Origin: a virus
Lineage: Duplodnaviria; Caudoviricetes
Virus record (IMG/VR): IMGVR_UViG_3300012352_000046
Location: 1-31,055 of that record
Direction: 5' to 3' (one strand)
Length of the DNA: 31,055 bases
In this document: piece by piece, positions 15,672 to 26,025 of the stretch
How positions within the stretch are numbered: position 1 is the stretch's first letter
How the letters are laid out: each line of letters opens with the position of its first letter
Program-made: the position numbers and the translations under genes
Notes under the pieces: model-generated
Databases searched by the model: none
Told to the model about the DNA's origin: nothing
The model's input: only the letters and a program-made list of their open reading frames with translations

Positions 15672-18600
15672 TGTTTGGGGACAGCACCTTTATTTCGGAG
15701 CTAAACTCTTCGTCCACATTGGGGGTAGAGTCAAAAATCTTTGCCGAATGGAACATGAACATTCCAAGCAACTTTTTGTCAATAGGTAATTATAGATATA
15801 GGCAGCAGGAGCCATCATCTCTTTATAACTTAGTTCCAGAAACATTTGATAGGTATGATTCTGGCAACTACTATACTGGAGCAACAGACGCTGATGTTGT
15901 TATTGACGGAGGCTATGATGACTCTAATCAGGCACTTGCTTTTTCTTCCAAGCAGGAACTAACAAATATACTTTTTTCCTTAGAAGACTGTTTTGGAAAG
16001 TTTCGACCACGCTCTGGAATTAACAAGGCCAAAATTCCATATGCATCAAACTCATACTTTCATTACTCGAACAAGGACATGGCGAAAAGGCCTAGATATT
16101 ATCTTGCTTCTAAGCACGACAAGTTTAAGTACTGGACATCGGACAGATCTGAAAACGGCAAGCTGCGTGGAGTTTCTTATCCTCTAGCCTCCAGGGCATA
16201 CGGGATAGACGATGTAGCTCCATTTATCGTATATAACAATCCAGTTCCAGCTAACAGAATTGTTGTAAAGATGCAAACCCACATCGGGTCTGACGACAAG
16301 GGGCAGTTCTATGGTAATAACGGTTCAGCAATCTCAGATCCCTTTTACGGTTATGAAAACAGCAAGACGCCAACAAAATGGAGAATCCAATACCTAAGCA
16401 ATAATAATTGGGTAGATGCAGTCTCATTCTTCCCATCAGATCAGAGATCAGACGGAACCTCTATAATTGGTGAAGATGGTACGGTAGAAATTTACTACGG
16501 AATACAAATACCAGAAAAGTATAGTAGTGTATTCAACTATAAAAGAACATACATAACGGAGTCAATGATTCCTACCACTTCCGACATTGGCTCTGCATAT
16601 CTGGTAAAGCCAACTGACGCATCTCCTGGAGTATTTCACATATACACAGAGGATGGCTACGACACCTTCGATGCTGTTTATGGCTGGTCTCTGCTAGAGG
16701 GGTCTGTCATCGACTATAGAAACTCTTTAGACAAGGCTTCTAGTCCAGACTCATTCAACAATCCTGTTACTGGGAAAAAGCAATACTCCAAGTTCGAGTA
16801 TCTGTCTGGCCTACGCATAGTCGTCGATCAGATGAACACAAACGCCAGCACCTTTGACCTGATAGAACTTTCTCCAAGGTTGGTGGCAGACATAACAAAT
16901 AACGTAGAGAGCGTGTCTGTAACAAAGAGTGCCTCTGATTTAGGAAACGCTGGAATGCCAGTGGGCCAACTACTGGCATCCGTCGGAACACTAGAGCTGT
17001 TTGACTACGATCAAGCCTTCAACGAGAACAATGAGGATAGCGTAATCGCAAACTATCTGGACCAAATTATAAAGTTCTATATCTGCGAAGTTATAACTGT
17101 GCCATCTGGATCAGTAACAATGATACCAATAAAAACAATGTACTCGGCAGAGAAGCCAAAGATTTCGGCTAAAACAAGAGGCGTATCCATAGACCTTAGA
17201 GATCTAATGTTTATGCTAGAGAATGGCCTTGCCCCAGAGCTGCTTTTAGTAGACGTATCTCTAAGCGTAGCCATATCAACCCTATTGGACAGCATAGGAT
17301 TTACTAACTACAAGTTCTTGAGGGTAGAGGGTGAGACAGACCTAATAATCCCATATTTCTTTGTAGCTCCAGAGCAGTCAACCCTACAGGTGCTAGAAGA
17401 CCTTGCAGTGTCTTCTCAGTCAGCCATGTTCTTTGACGAAGAAAACAATTTAGTCATAATGAGTAAAAACTATATGATGCCATCGATTACAGATCGAGAA
17501 ACAGACATAACTTTGTCTGGAAATAAAACTGGAAGCATTCTGTCAAACATAGAGGCAATTACCGCTCAAGACAGCCAAGTATTCAATGATGGGCAGATAT
17601 CTTATCGTGAAAGGTACATCCAGAGATCTTATGGCTCAATAAAGCAGTCAATGATGCTAGACAGAAATAAGACCTGGATATACAAGCCTTCTCTTCTATG
17701 GGAGGCATCTGGAAGCCTAAATACAAAAACCCAAAATGGACAAGTGACTGAATCATCGGCATATTCTCTGTCAGCTATTCCGCTTAACTCTGCTCTATCA
17801 TCTACACTTCCGTCTGTAAGAAATGGCCAAGTCATAAACAATATTATTGATTTTGGAGAAGGCTCCTACTTTTTGTCAAGATACGACGGATACTTCTATG
17901 CAAATGGTGAAATCATTCATTACGATGCCGTAGAGTATAGCATTCCGAATACAGTTGGAAACGTTTGGATTCAAAACACACAAGAATATTCAGACTACTT
18001 TCAAAATGTCAAATTCGCAAAGAGCATATTCCCAACTGGAAGAGTCAGGATATATTCAGAGCCATACTATGAAGTGGTAGATGGGGTTACCAGATTTAAG
18101 GATGGTGCTGTAAGACAGCATGGCCGTGGCCAGTTCGGGACCCCAGTGGTCTCCCACGATTCTGGAATATCGGATCAGTGGTCTAGTCAAACACTAAATC
18201 CTACAAAGGGGTGTAAAGTGCAGCTATCTGATCTAATAAAAGCAGATGCCGAAGCTGCAACAACACTAAGCAAGTCAGCTATTCTTGGCGAGGCAGGGCT
18301 GTCAGATTCTGTAGTAGTTTCTGCAAGTAGAAATGGGATTATCAAAAATGCTCTTGGTGGAGTATCAAGAAGCGAAGCAAGTATTTTAGCACTCAAGTCT
18401 GTAGAGATTGGAACCGTCCAGTCATCTGCCCTAGTATTTAGTGGACCAGCATTTACGTCAGACCTGACTGCTAGCGACTATATATCTTATGTTCCTAAAA
18501 AGCTGGAGAACTCGTATTCTCACTTTGGGACAAGGCTAAGGTTGGTTGGTAGGTACGAAGACGGCAAGGCCAAGGTGCAAACCCCAGCAGGGTCCATGGG

Positions 18601-19924
18601 ATACTACGATAGCGGAAGAATCGGTGGAGCATCCGCAGGGATAGCAGTCCTTCTAAACTCTGCAAACAATAACGGGTATTATTTTGAGATTATGGCACTA
18701 ACAAATGGAGAGTCTTCAGAGACAAGCTCCGAGGTGCTGAGCAACGTAATATTTTATAAGGTTAAAGGAAATTCTTCCAAAAATGCAGTACCGATTAAGC
18801 TGTGGTCTGGACTTGCAAATATCCTAGTTGATTCGGGCGGCTTCGTCGGGCAGTCAAGGGTATTCGGAGAAGAGAATCCAACAGTGTACGATCTATCCGT
18901 AGAGTATCAGGATATTGGGACAAGCACTAGAAGATTCTACCTATACATAAATAACAGGTGTGTCGCTATTGTAGATGATTCAGACAGAATGCCTGTATAT
19001 AACAACATGGCTTTGTTTATTCGAGGAACATCCAAGGCAATGTTTGAGAATGTGTTTGCAATTACAAAGAAATACTCTCTAGACTCTAGGGCCACGCTGG
19101 GCACACCGATAAACTCTGTATTCGGTGATAATAACGTAGACGTCTCCGAGTCCCTTAGAAAGTACTCGATGAGCGGTGCAGTTCAGAAAACCTACTTGTC
19201 TGACATAAGCTCGCAAAGTGGTTCTGGCTATGATATGTACTTTGAAGAGTTCGGAACTATCATGAGAGAGGCTGCCTACTTTAACATTAAATATGACAAG
19301 GCCTATCCAGCACTCTCGGCACAGATCTCCCCTACCTTTAATAAGATAAAGGGATACACGGTTTCTGGTTTTATTCCAGGGGCTTACGGGGCAGAGTTCT
19401 TAGTATTTAACAATACTGATACTGTGATCAGCCTAGATGAGACTACTGGGAATTACCTAAGAATCCAAGGAGTTACATTTACGCAAAACTCAGACAAGGT
19501 TCTGACTTTGGCAGACTTCTTTAATGAGAACAGCAGCCTATCAGACGTTGACAGGCTAGACAAGAATCCAATAGAGTCACCAGCAAGAGCAAAGAAGCAG
19601 TACTTTGACATATCGTCTAGTAGATCTACATATGGAACTAATGCTTTTTCTATAGATGCAAAGTATATACAAAACTCGGATGCGGCTAAGGAGCTCATGA
19701 GCTGGCTAATTGATAAAACCATAAAGCCTAGAAAGTCAGTGGGTCTAAGCATCTTTGGTGGGGCAATAATTCAGCTGGGAGATATTGTTCAGATATCAAT
19801 GTCAGATGCTTCTGGACTGGATTCATCTGTATCTTCAGATAAGAGATTCGTTGTCTATAGCATAGAGTACAGTAGAAATTCTGAAGGGCCAGAGACAACA
19901 GTATTCGTAAGTGAGGTTATATAA
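15671..19924 (+). CDS. Large tail-tip / baseplate hub protein (1417 aa)
   Basis: Second gene after the TMP. Hub-like segments LEDLAVSSQSAMFFDEENNL and IQLGDIVQI...FVVYSIEY, with long beta-rich inserts. Confidence 0.7.
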   Translation: MFGDSTFISELNSSSTLGVESKIFAEWNMNIPSNFLSIGNYRYRQQEPSSLYNLVPETFDRYDSGNYYTGATDADVVIDGGYDDSNQALAFSSKQELTNILFSLEDCFGKFRPRSGINKAKIPYASNSYFHYSNKDMAKRPRYYLASKHDKFKYWTSDRSENGKLRGVSYPLASRAYGIDDVAPFIVYNNPVPANRIVVKMQTHIGSDDKGQFYGNNGSAISDPFYGYENSKTPTKWRIQYLSNNNWVDAVSFFPSDQRSDGTSIIGEDGTVEIYYGIQIPEKYSSVFNYKRTYITESMIPTTSDIGSAYLVKPTDASPGVFHIYTEDGYDTFDAVYGWSLLEGSVIDYRNSLDKASSPDSFNNPVTGKKQYSKFEYLSGLRIVVDQMNTNASTFDLIELSPRLVADITNNVESVSVTKSASDLGNAGMPVGQLLASVGTLELFDYDQAFNENNEDSVIANYLDQIIKFYICEVITVPSGSVTMIPIKTMYSAEKPKISAKTRGVSIDLRDLMFMLENGLAPELLLVDVSLSVAISTLLDSIGFTNYKFLRVEGETDLIIPYFFVAPEQSTLQVLEDLAVSSQSAMFFDEENNLVIMSKNYMMPSITDRETDITLSGNKTGSILSNIEAITAQDSQVFNDGQISYRERYIQRSYGSIKQSMMLDRNKTWIYKPSLLWEASGSLNTKTQNGQVTESSAYSLSAIPLNSALSSTLPSVRNGQVINNIIDFGEGSYFLSRYDGYFYANGEIIHYDAVEYSIPNTVGNVWIQNTQEYSDYFQNVKFAKSIFPTGRVRIYSEPYYEVVDGVTRFKDGAVRQHGRGQFGTPVVSHDSGISDQWSSQTLNPTKGCKVQLSDLIKADAEAATTLSKSAILGEAGLSDSVVVSASRNGIIKNALGGVSRSEASILALKSVEIGTVQSSALVFSGPAFTSDLTASDYISYVPKKLENSYSHFGTRLRLVGRYEDGKAKVQTPAGSMGYYDSGRIGGASAGIAVLLNSANNNGYYFEIMALTNGESSETSSEVLSNVIFYKVKGNSSKNAVPIKLWSGLANILVDSGGFVGQSRVFGEENPTVYDLSVEYQDIGTSTRRFYLYINNRCVAIVDDSDRMPVYNNMALFIRGTSKAMFENVFAITKKYSLDSRATLGTPINSVFGDNNVDVSESLRKYSMSGAVQKTYLSDISSQSGSGYDMYFEEFGTIMREAAYFNIKYDKAYPALSAQISPTFNKIKGYTVSGFIPGAYGAEFLVFNNTDTVISLDETTGNYLRIQGVTFTQNSDKVLTLADFFNENSSLSDVDRLDKNPIESPARAKKQYFDISSSRSTYGTNAFSIDAKYIQNSDAAKELMSWLIDKTIKPRKSVGLSIFGGAIIQLGDIVQISMSDASGLDSSVSSDKRFVVYSIEYSRNSEGPETTVFVSEVI

Positions 19925-20532
19925 TGGGTGCTATTCCACTTGGCGGAGGTCGCTATATTGATGCAGATACTGGTAGAACTTTTTCAAAAACTGGCGGTGG
20001 CTATTTTGCTGGGGAAGCAGATGCAGCTGCAGAGCTGGCAAAAAGAAAAACAGTTACCGCTGCAGCAGCTGCTCCAGCAGCCAGTGCTCCAGCGACAGAA
20101 ACAAAGCCACAGGTAAAGGCTGCAACACCAGACCTCATTCAGATAACCGAAGATGCAATGTCTATAGAGGTCATTACAGATCTGCTATTTGAAGACATCG
20201 GTGGCACAGAAATTTTAAACATAGCTCGGCACGACCTGATAAATGGAATTGATGTTAAGTATCAGCAAATATCTAACTTGTCAAAGATTCAAAGTACTTT
20301 TGGTGGACCAAATCTTATCAGCGTACAGAATCCCATTGAGCAGATATTCAACAGGTTTCCACTTAAAAGGTACCAGTATGTTCCAACGGAAACTGCAGAC
20401 CCATCTGGCTTAAACAACCACCTGTACGTTGACGCATCTGGAAACATTAACATAGAGTTGGACAATCTGGAAGAAAATATGCAAATTGAGATAGAGTTCA
20501 AAGCCGCAGACACTACTGATATAATATATTAA
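19924..20532 (+). CDS. Hypothetical tail-associated protein
   Basis: TAATG coupling. Gly-rich N-terminus, Ala/Pro linker and acidic C-terminal domain. Confidence 0.65.
   Translation: MGAIPLGGGRYIDADTGRTFSKTGGGYFAGEADAAAELAKRKTVTAAAAAPAASAPATETKPQVKAATPDLIQITEDAMSIEVITDLLFEDIGGTEILNIARHDLINGIDVKYQQISNLSKIQSTFGGPNLISVQNPIEQIFNRFPLKRYQYVPTETADPSGLNNHLYVDASGNINIELDNLEENMQIEIEFKAADTTDIIY
20517..20525 (+). promoter_or_regulatory. Extended -10 promoter within the last codons of the upstream gene
   Basis: TGaTATAAT ending 14 nt before ATG20540. Confidence 0.6.
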
Positions 20533-20539
20533 GGACATT

Positions 20540-21913
20540 ATGATTACTAATAAAGGGCAAGCCCTACTTACCAAATACCTGATCGGTCAGGCACCAGCCT
20601 ATGCCTCATATATTGGCGTGGGCTGTGGGCCAACTCCTTATGACGAATCAGACACCCCATCATCTTCGGAAATATCGTCACAAAGACTAAAAGAAAATCT
20701 AGACTTTGAGATGTTTCGAGTCCCAATTACCTCTAGAGGTTACGTGACAGAGGTATCTGGCTCAGCCACAATTACTGGGGCATCCAGATCTGGATCCTCC
20801 GTTACGTATACTGCCAACAACACCTTTGTTGCTGGAGACACGGTAACCATTACTGGTATTACTCCAGCACAGTTTAATGTGCACGAGGCAATCATTGTAT
20901 CGGCAACATCTACTAACTTCACCATCACAAATCTAATTACTGGATCTTACTCTTCTGGCGGACTTGCAAAGACATACTATACCAATATTGTTCTCACTGC
21001 GGAGCTTCCTACAGAAGAGAGATATGAGATTTCAGAGCTAGGTCTATTTTCTGCCCAGGCAAATCCAGATGCAGGGTCAAGAGGTAGCAGAACTATTTAC
21101 TCATTTTCTCAAAATGAAAACTGGCAGCAGCATGGTTCGAGCGTAGAAAAGATTCCAGTAATATATACTCCACTAGATGCTGGCAATCAGGCAAACCAGA
21201 TCGACGGAACATATTTCGTTGACGGAGCACAAAAAGACTGCAAGGTCTTTCATACAAATTCAGACAACGCAGTATTCTCTAACTCAGCCAGAATTGCTAG
21301 ATACGAGACACCAAGATTCCTAAACAACACCATTGCCATTCGAGGGAACCTGTCCGACCTTGACTATACAGGAGGAAGCCTTGTATATAACTCTGGGGCT
21401 CACATCCACCTAAACGGAGTGTCTCTAAACCTCGACAAGAACTCCCCAGGAGATGAGCTTAAGCTTGCTTTCTCTGTAGCCAATAAAAGAGGAGCAGAAG
21501 ACGAGCATCCTTCCGCAGTCAGAATTTTAATACAATTCTCTTCGGTGGATGCAACATCTGGAGGAGAGTCTGCCTCGTTTGAGGTAAACCTAACAGATGC
21601 TGATGTGGATTTTTCGGTTAACAGATACTTCGTAATATCAAAAATGATAAGCGAACTCAAAGCAACTTCTGGTTTCTCTTGGTCCCGTGTGCAGAATGTA
21701 ACAGTTCACGTTACCACACTAGACGATCAAGACACAGTAAGCGACAACTTCTATGTTCTTCTAGATGCAATTAGACTAGAAAACACTACAGTCGTAAATC
21801 CGCTATATGGTATGTCTGGATACGCTATTGCAAAAACTTCTGGTGCAGCAACAATTAAAAAACTTGCCAATACAACTAGCTACGTAGAGTTTAGATTTGG
21901 GATGGACGTCTAG
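20540..21913 (+). CDS. Minor tail protein with a tail-collar/fibre-attachment-like N-terminus
   Basis: The MITNKG...YIGVGCG...ISELGLF pattern resembles fibre-attachment domains; the rest is beta-rich. Confidence 0.6.
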   Translation: MITNKGQALLTKYLIGQAPAYASYIGVGCGPTPYDESDTPSSSEISSQRLKENLDFEMFRVPITSRGYVTEVSGSATITGASRSGSSVTYTANNTFVAGDTVTITGITPAQFNVHEAIIVSATSTNFTITNLITGSYSSGGLAKTYYTNIVLTAELPTEERYEISELGLFSAQANPDAGSRGSRTIYSFSQNENWQQHGSSVEKIPVIYTPLDAGNQANQIDGTYFVDGAQKDCKVFHTNSDNAVFSNSARIARYETPRFLNNTIAIRGNLSDLDYTGGSLVYNSGAHIHLNGVSLNLDKNSPGDELKLAFSVANKRGAEDEHPSAVRILIQFSSVDATSGGESASFEVNLTDADVDFSVNRYFVISKMISELKATSGFSWSRVQNVTVHVTTLDDQDTVSDNFYVLLDAIRLENTTVVNPLYGMSGYAIAKTSGAATIKKLANTTSYVEFRFGMDV

Positions 21914-22332
21914 TGGCAAATAGAAAAATAAGTATTGACAAGCTTTCTTTGCCGTTAGTAAACTCAGACAACAAGTACTATCTGAGATATAGGGTTGTAC
22001 TGGATAAGACAAAAGACTCTGATTGGTCTCAGGTGGCAGTATTAGATGGCAAAGCAGTCTCGGTAGTATCTGGGGTTATTAGTACCACGACTACTGCAGG
22101 AGTAAAAGTTGTAAATATAACTTGGGATAAAAGCAACAATTCTCCAACATATGATGTTTTTATTGGCTGGGACTCAGGAAGCTATGTCTATGAAAAAAAT
22201 GTATCATCTACAAGCTATAGCGTAATAGCTCCATCTGGAGCTTCAACCGTCAAGGTTCTCGTGCAGATTGGATCTGCACAAAAGGTGGCGTCCTCAGTCC
22301 TCAAGGTATTCGAGGAAACCAAGAGCGTATAG
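21913..22332 (+). CDS. Hypothetical minor tail protein (FN3/Ig-like beta sandwich)
   Basis: GTG start (TAGTG overlap). YYLRYRV..SDWS and VNITWD...TYDVFI are FN3-like patterns. Confidence 0.6.
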   Translation: MANRKISIDKLSLPLVNSDNKYYLRYRVVLDKTKDSDWSQVAVLDGKAVSVVSGVISTTTTAGVKVVNITWDKSNNSPTYDVFIGWDSGSYVYEKNVSSTSYSVIAPSGASTVKVLVQIGSAQKVASSVLKVFEETKSV

Positions 22333-22341
22333 TGGTATAAT
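22333..22341 (+). promoter_or_regulatory. Extended -10 promoter, leaderless transcript
   Basis: TGgTATAAT ends 6 nt before ATG22348, with no SD. Confidence 0.75.
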
Positions 22342-22347
22342 AAACAG

Positions 22348-22794
22348 ATGAGCAATATAGTTAGAATTCCAAATCCAGGTCAGCCAATTGACGCAACCTA
22401 CATGTTCGAACTGGCCAATGCCATTAATAAGATTGCAACACAGCTATCCACATCTCCAACAGCACAGATTTTGACAGTAGACACTCCAACTGCAGGCAAG
22501 CAATCTATCAAGACTGCCGAGGCTAGAGTCATCGGTGGATACAAGGAAGTGCTTAGCAATAGCGTTTCTGCTGGAGCGGTTGTTTCTTGGACATATGACT
22601 TTCCAGCAGACTTTAAGTATCCGCCTATTGCAACTGCAACACCAATAAGCGTTGCAGGTTCAGAATCTGGAAAACTAGTTTCTGTTATGATAAAGACTAT
22701 TGGTCAGAACAGTATAACTGGAACCGCAACCTTTGCAGGATCTGGAGACCTTACCGTTGGTATCAATATAATTCTTATTGGAATACCAAACTAA
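22348..22794 (+). CDS. Small fibre-tip / lectin-like structural protein
   Basis: N-terminal helix, then YDFPADFKYPPIATATP and a terminal INIILIG, resembling H-type-lectin/gp53-like fibre tips. Confidence 0.5.
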   Translation: MSNIVRIPNPGQPIDATYMFELANAINKIATQLSTSPTAQILTVDTPTAGKQSIKTAEARVIGGYKEVLSNSVSAGAVVSWTYDFPADFKYPPIATATPISVAGSESGKLVSVMIKTIGQNSITGTATFAGSGDLTVGINIILIGIPN

Positions 22795-22796
22795 CA

Positions 22797-23342
22797 ATGA
22801 AGCAGCACAGACTTGGGGCTATGAGCCGTGAGGACTATAACAATTCTCCGATTATTCCAGGTAACAAGAAGGTCTGGTTTCTCAACGGTGACCTAGTTAG
22901 GATTCACCACCTAAACAAGTCTAATGGAATAATGTCTGTCTATAACATTATTCAGGATAGGATTGAAAGCTGTCTTATTAGTGATTTTAAGAAAAATCGT
23001 GAACGTGCCTTTACCGTAGGGGAGACTGCCCAGTTGGTAAATCGCCACAAAAAATACATGCCATCTCTGATGAGGAGAGAGGTTATCCCTAGACCAACTG
23101 GATCCCAGAAGGGCGGAGGCACAGGCTGGCAAGTAAGAAGCTATTACTCGGAGTCCCAGGTATTTGAGATTCGTGATATACTTGCTTCTTACCACATTGG
23201 CAGACCAAGATTTGATCGTCTAATAACCAATAGCATAACTCCCACGAGACAGGAGTTGACAAGGCGTATTGGCGATGGTATACTGACTTATACAAGAACA
23301 GAAGACGGACGCTTTATTCCGATATGGTCGGAATCAATTTAA
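22797..23342 (+). CDS. Putative DNA-binding regulator (MerR/excisionase-like winged HTH)
   Basis: AFTVGETAQLVNRHKKYMPSLMRREVIPRP...RSYYSESQV follows the MerR-type HTH pattern. Confidence 0.6.
   Translation: MKQHRLGAMSREDYNNSPIIPGNKKVWFLNGDLVRIHHLNKSNGIMSVYNIIQDRIESCLISDFKKNRERAFTVGETAQLVNRHKKYMPSLMRREVIPRPTGSQKGGGTGWQVRSYYSESQVFEIRDILASYHIGRPRFDRLITNSITPTRQELTRRIGDGILTYTRTEDGRFIPIWSESI
23256..23284 (+). promoter_or_regulatory. Near-consensus sigma70/SigA promoter for the replication block, inside the HTH gene
   Basis: TTGACA-N17-TATACT with an extended -10 TG. Confidence 0.82.
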
Positions 23343-23358
23343 TAGAAAGTTATAGGGT

Positions 23359-23562
23359 ATGAATAACGAAGAGACTAAAGTAAAGGTAGGATTGGGGTAC
23401 ACCCTCAACCTAGGCAATTTCCAATCACTCCGCATTGACCTAGAAGTACAGGACAACAAGCGTGAGGGAGAAACCACCAGCGAAGCCTTTGAGCGTGTCT
23501 ATGCTTTTGTTGAAGCAAAGCTAACGGAAAAGGTAAGCGAAGCTAAGTCTGAAGTAGACTAA
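23359..23562 (+). CDS. Hypothetical protein (67 aa)
   Basis: Intact ORF with TAATG coupling to the next gene; beta-hairpin plus helix (YTLNLGNFQSLRIDL). Confidence 0.75.
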   Translation: MNNEETKVKVGLGYTLNLGNFQSLRIDLEVQDNKREGETTSEAFERVYAFVEAKLTEKVSEAKSEVD

Positions 23563-23870
23563 TGGCTGAACGCAAAGACCGCATGGCTTTGCTAAGTAGG
23601 TACGCTAAGCTCCACAAGCAGCGTTTCGAAGAAAAGCCATTATTGAATTTAAATGTTGAGCAGTGGGCCTCTGATGCCCTAATAGAGTCGTACACTTTAC
23701 AATTCTGCTACGATCTGCTAGAATATTATTTCGAAGCAGCAGAGACCCCTAGTTGGAAGTACTTTGCTAACTACGCAGACAAAATTATCGATGCACGAAA
23801 AGAATACAAACGAGACTTAGAGGAGAGAGCAGAGCGACGCAAGTTGGCTATGCAGTGGTTGAATGAATAA
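23562..23870 (+). CDS. Hypothetical helical protein upstream of the helicase
   Basis: Intact ORF overlapping the dnaB start by 8 nt. Confidence 0.7.
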   Translation: MAERKDRMALLSRYAKLHKQRFEEKPLLNLNVEQWASDALIESYTLQFCYDLLEYYFEAAETPSWKYFANYADKIIDARKEYKRDLEERAERRKLAMQWLNE

Positions 23871-25083
23871 TACAGAGGCAAAATTAATCTCGGCAGTCCT
23901 TAAGGACAAGCAAGTCCACGTTCTGCTTCAGGCTAACGTAGACAACCTGTTGCGTACTCACAACGATGTCTGGGAGTTTATTCGCAAGTACGTAGAGACT
24001 AACCAGACTGTCCCACCAGCTGACCTCGTAGTAGACAAGTTCCGTGACTTTACTCCAGTAGATGGTGTTGGTGCTACCAAGTATCACCTAGAAGAGCTTC
24101 AGTCAGAATACATGACAGATAGCCTAAAGAATATTATTCGAGAGGCAGCTGCCGATGTTCAGGCAGACAAGGGCCTAGATGCCCTAGAGGCAATTATTTC
24201 TAAGACATCAGAGCTTAGAAAGAATACTGCTGCAATTAGAGACATCGATGCTACAGACCTAGACTCTGCAGTAGCCTACTTCGAGAACGTGAAGAAGCAG
24301 AATGAGCTAGGCATTTCTGGAATCAAGACTGGTCTCCCAGGCTTCGACAACTACCTTCCTGCTGGCATTATGCCAGGGCAGCTAGGGGTAATGCTTGCAT
24401 ACCCAGGTATTGGTAAGTCTTGGCTATCACTATACTTTGCAGTACAGGCATGGAGACAGGGCAAGTCACCAATGGTCATCTCGCTTGAAATGAGTGAGAC
24501 AGAAGTGCGTAACCGTGTATTTACCATTATGGGCGATGGTCTTTGGTCACATCGAAAGATGAGTGCAGGTCTGATCGAGATCGACGACCTAAAGCACTGG
24601 CACGAGAAGAACCTTCAGGGCAAGCCAGAGTTCCACATTATTTCCAATGACTCTGGAGGAGATGTCACTCCTTCTGTTTTGCGTGGAAAGATTGACCAGT
24701 ACAAGCCAGACTTTATTATCGTTGACTACCTACAGCTAATGTCTCCTAATCAAAAGGCAGACAACGAAACTGTTCGTATGAAGAACCTATCTCGTGAGCT
24801 CAAGCTGATGGCTATTAGCGAAGAGATTCCAATCATTGCAATTTCATCTGCAACACCAGACGATGTTAATAAGCTAGACACTGTTCCTACACTTGGTCAA
24901 ACTGCGTGGTCACGTCAGATTGCTTACGATGCTGACTGGGTCTTAGCACTTGGCCGTGGAAACAACTCCGACATCATCGAGTGCGTATTCCGAAAGAACC
25001 GTAATGGCTTTATGGGAGAGTTCCTAGTGCAGGCAGACTTCGACAAGGGCTACTACAAGTACAAGGACTTTGAGCAGAACTAA
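23863..25083 (+). CDS. dnaB: DnaB-like (SF4) replicative helicase
   Basis: GIKTG, Walker A AYPGIGKS, SLEMS, Walker B IIVDYLQLM, IAYDAD and KNRNG. Confidence 0.95.
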   Translation: MNNTEAKLISAVLKDKQVHVLLQANVDNLLRTHNDVWEFIRKYVETNQTVPPADLVVDKFRDFTPVDGVGATKYHLEELQSEYMTDSLKNIIREAAADVQADKGLDALEAIISKTSELRKNTAAIRDIDATDLDSAVAYFENVKKQNELGISGIKTGLPGFDNYLPAGIMPGQLGVMLAYPGIGKSWLSLYFAVQAWRQGKSPMVISLEMSETEVRNRVFTIMGDGLWSHRKMSAGLIEIDDLKHWHEKNLQGKPEFHIISNDSGGDVTPSVLRGKIDQYKPDFIIVDYLQLMSPNQKADNETVRMKNLSRELKLMAISEEIPIIAISSATPDDVNKLDTVPTLGQTAWSRQIAYDADWVLALGRGNNSDIIECVFRKNRNGFMGEFLVQADFDKGYYKYKDFEQN

Positions 25084-26000
25084 TGAGCGTATATACAGAA
25101 GAGCAAATCAAGAGGGTTCTTGCAGGTGCAGGGCAGACTATTCAGAATGAGGTCGATTCTGACTACATCATTTTTTGCCCATTCCACCCAAACAACAGAA
25201 CGCCTGCTGGAGAAGTGGACAAGAGAAGCGGAAAGTTTTTCTGCTTTTCCTGCCACCACATTGCAGATCTTGTAGAGCTAATCATGCATACAACTGGCAG
25301 GACCTATTTTGAGTCAGTGCGTTTCATTAAGACAAAGGAACAGGCATCATTACTTACAGCAGACGTTGAGAGACAGCTGTACGTAAAGCCAGACTATACT
25401 CTTTTTGATAAAAACCTGATCGCTACACTGAATGAAAGTGCCCTGTCTTCTAGTAGGGCAATGGCCTACTATAATGGCAGATCAATTACCGAGGACAGTG
25501 TCAAAATTTTTCAGCTAGGATACTCTCAAAAGCAAGACATGGTAACTATTCCAGTACATGCTCCAGATGGTATGCCAGTTGGATTTGTAGGCCGATCTGT
25601 CGAGGGTAAGGACTTTAAGAACACCCCAGGACTGCCAAAAGGAAAGGTGCTATTTAACTTGCACAGAGTAAAAGCATCTAGTAGGGTTTTTGTGGTAGAA
25701 TCATCCTTCGACGCAATTCGTTTAAGCCAGGCTGGCTTGCCAGCGGTAGCAACACTTGGGTCAAATGTATCAAACACACAAATAGAATTGCTTCATAAAT
25801 ATTTTAACAATGTAGTAGTGTTGCCAGATAATGATGAAGCAGGAAACAATATGACAGATAGGATTACCAAGAAACTTGGTAGTCGTGCATCGGTTGTAAA
25901 ACTAGATAGTAACTATAAAGATATTGGAGACATGTCTGATGAAGAGATAAAAACTCTCGATGAATCATTTGACAAGTCAATAGTATCCATGCTACAATAA
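25083..26000 (+). CDS. dnaG: DnaG-like primase (CHC2 zinc finger + TOPRIM)
   Basis: CPFH...FFCFSC, VGFVGR, LFNL, VVESSFDA, DNDEAG and KDIGD. Confidence 0.93.
   Translation: MSVYTEEQIKRVLAGAGQTIQNEVDSDYIIFCPFHPNNRTPAGEVDKRSGKFFCFSCHHIADLVELIMHTTGRTYFESVRFIKTKEQASLLTADVERQLYVKPDYTLFDKNLIATLNESALSSSRAMAYYNGRSITEDSVKIFQLGYSQKQDMVTIPVHAPDGMPVGFVGRSVEGKDFKNTPGLPKGKVLFNLHRVKASSRVFVVESSFDAIRLSQAGLPAVATLGSNVSNTQIELLHKYFNNVVVLPDNDEAGNNMTDRITKKLGSRASVVKLDSNYKDIGDMSDEEIKTLDESFDKSIVSMLQ
25969..25998 (+). promoter_or_regulatory. Sigma70/SigA promoter for the SSB gene, within the primase 3' end
   Basis: TTGACA-N18-TACAAT with an extended -10 TG. SD AAGGAG precedes ATG26026. Confidence 0.78.
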
Positions 26001-26025
26001 TAAAACAAACCAAACAAGGAGAAAA

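Noticed and set aside
15025-19926. TATAAT hexamers at gene junctions near 15026, 15667 and 19920 (also 4801)
   Set aside because: They arise from xTA-TAA-TG stop/start overlaps and lack the TGn extension or a -35 box.
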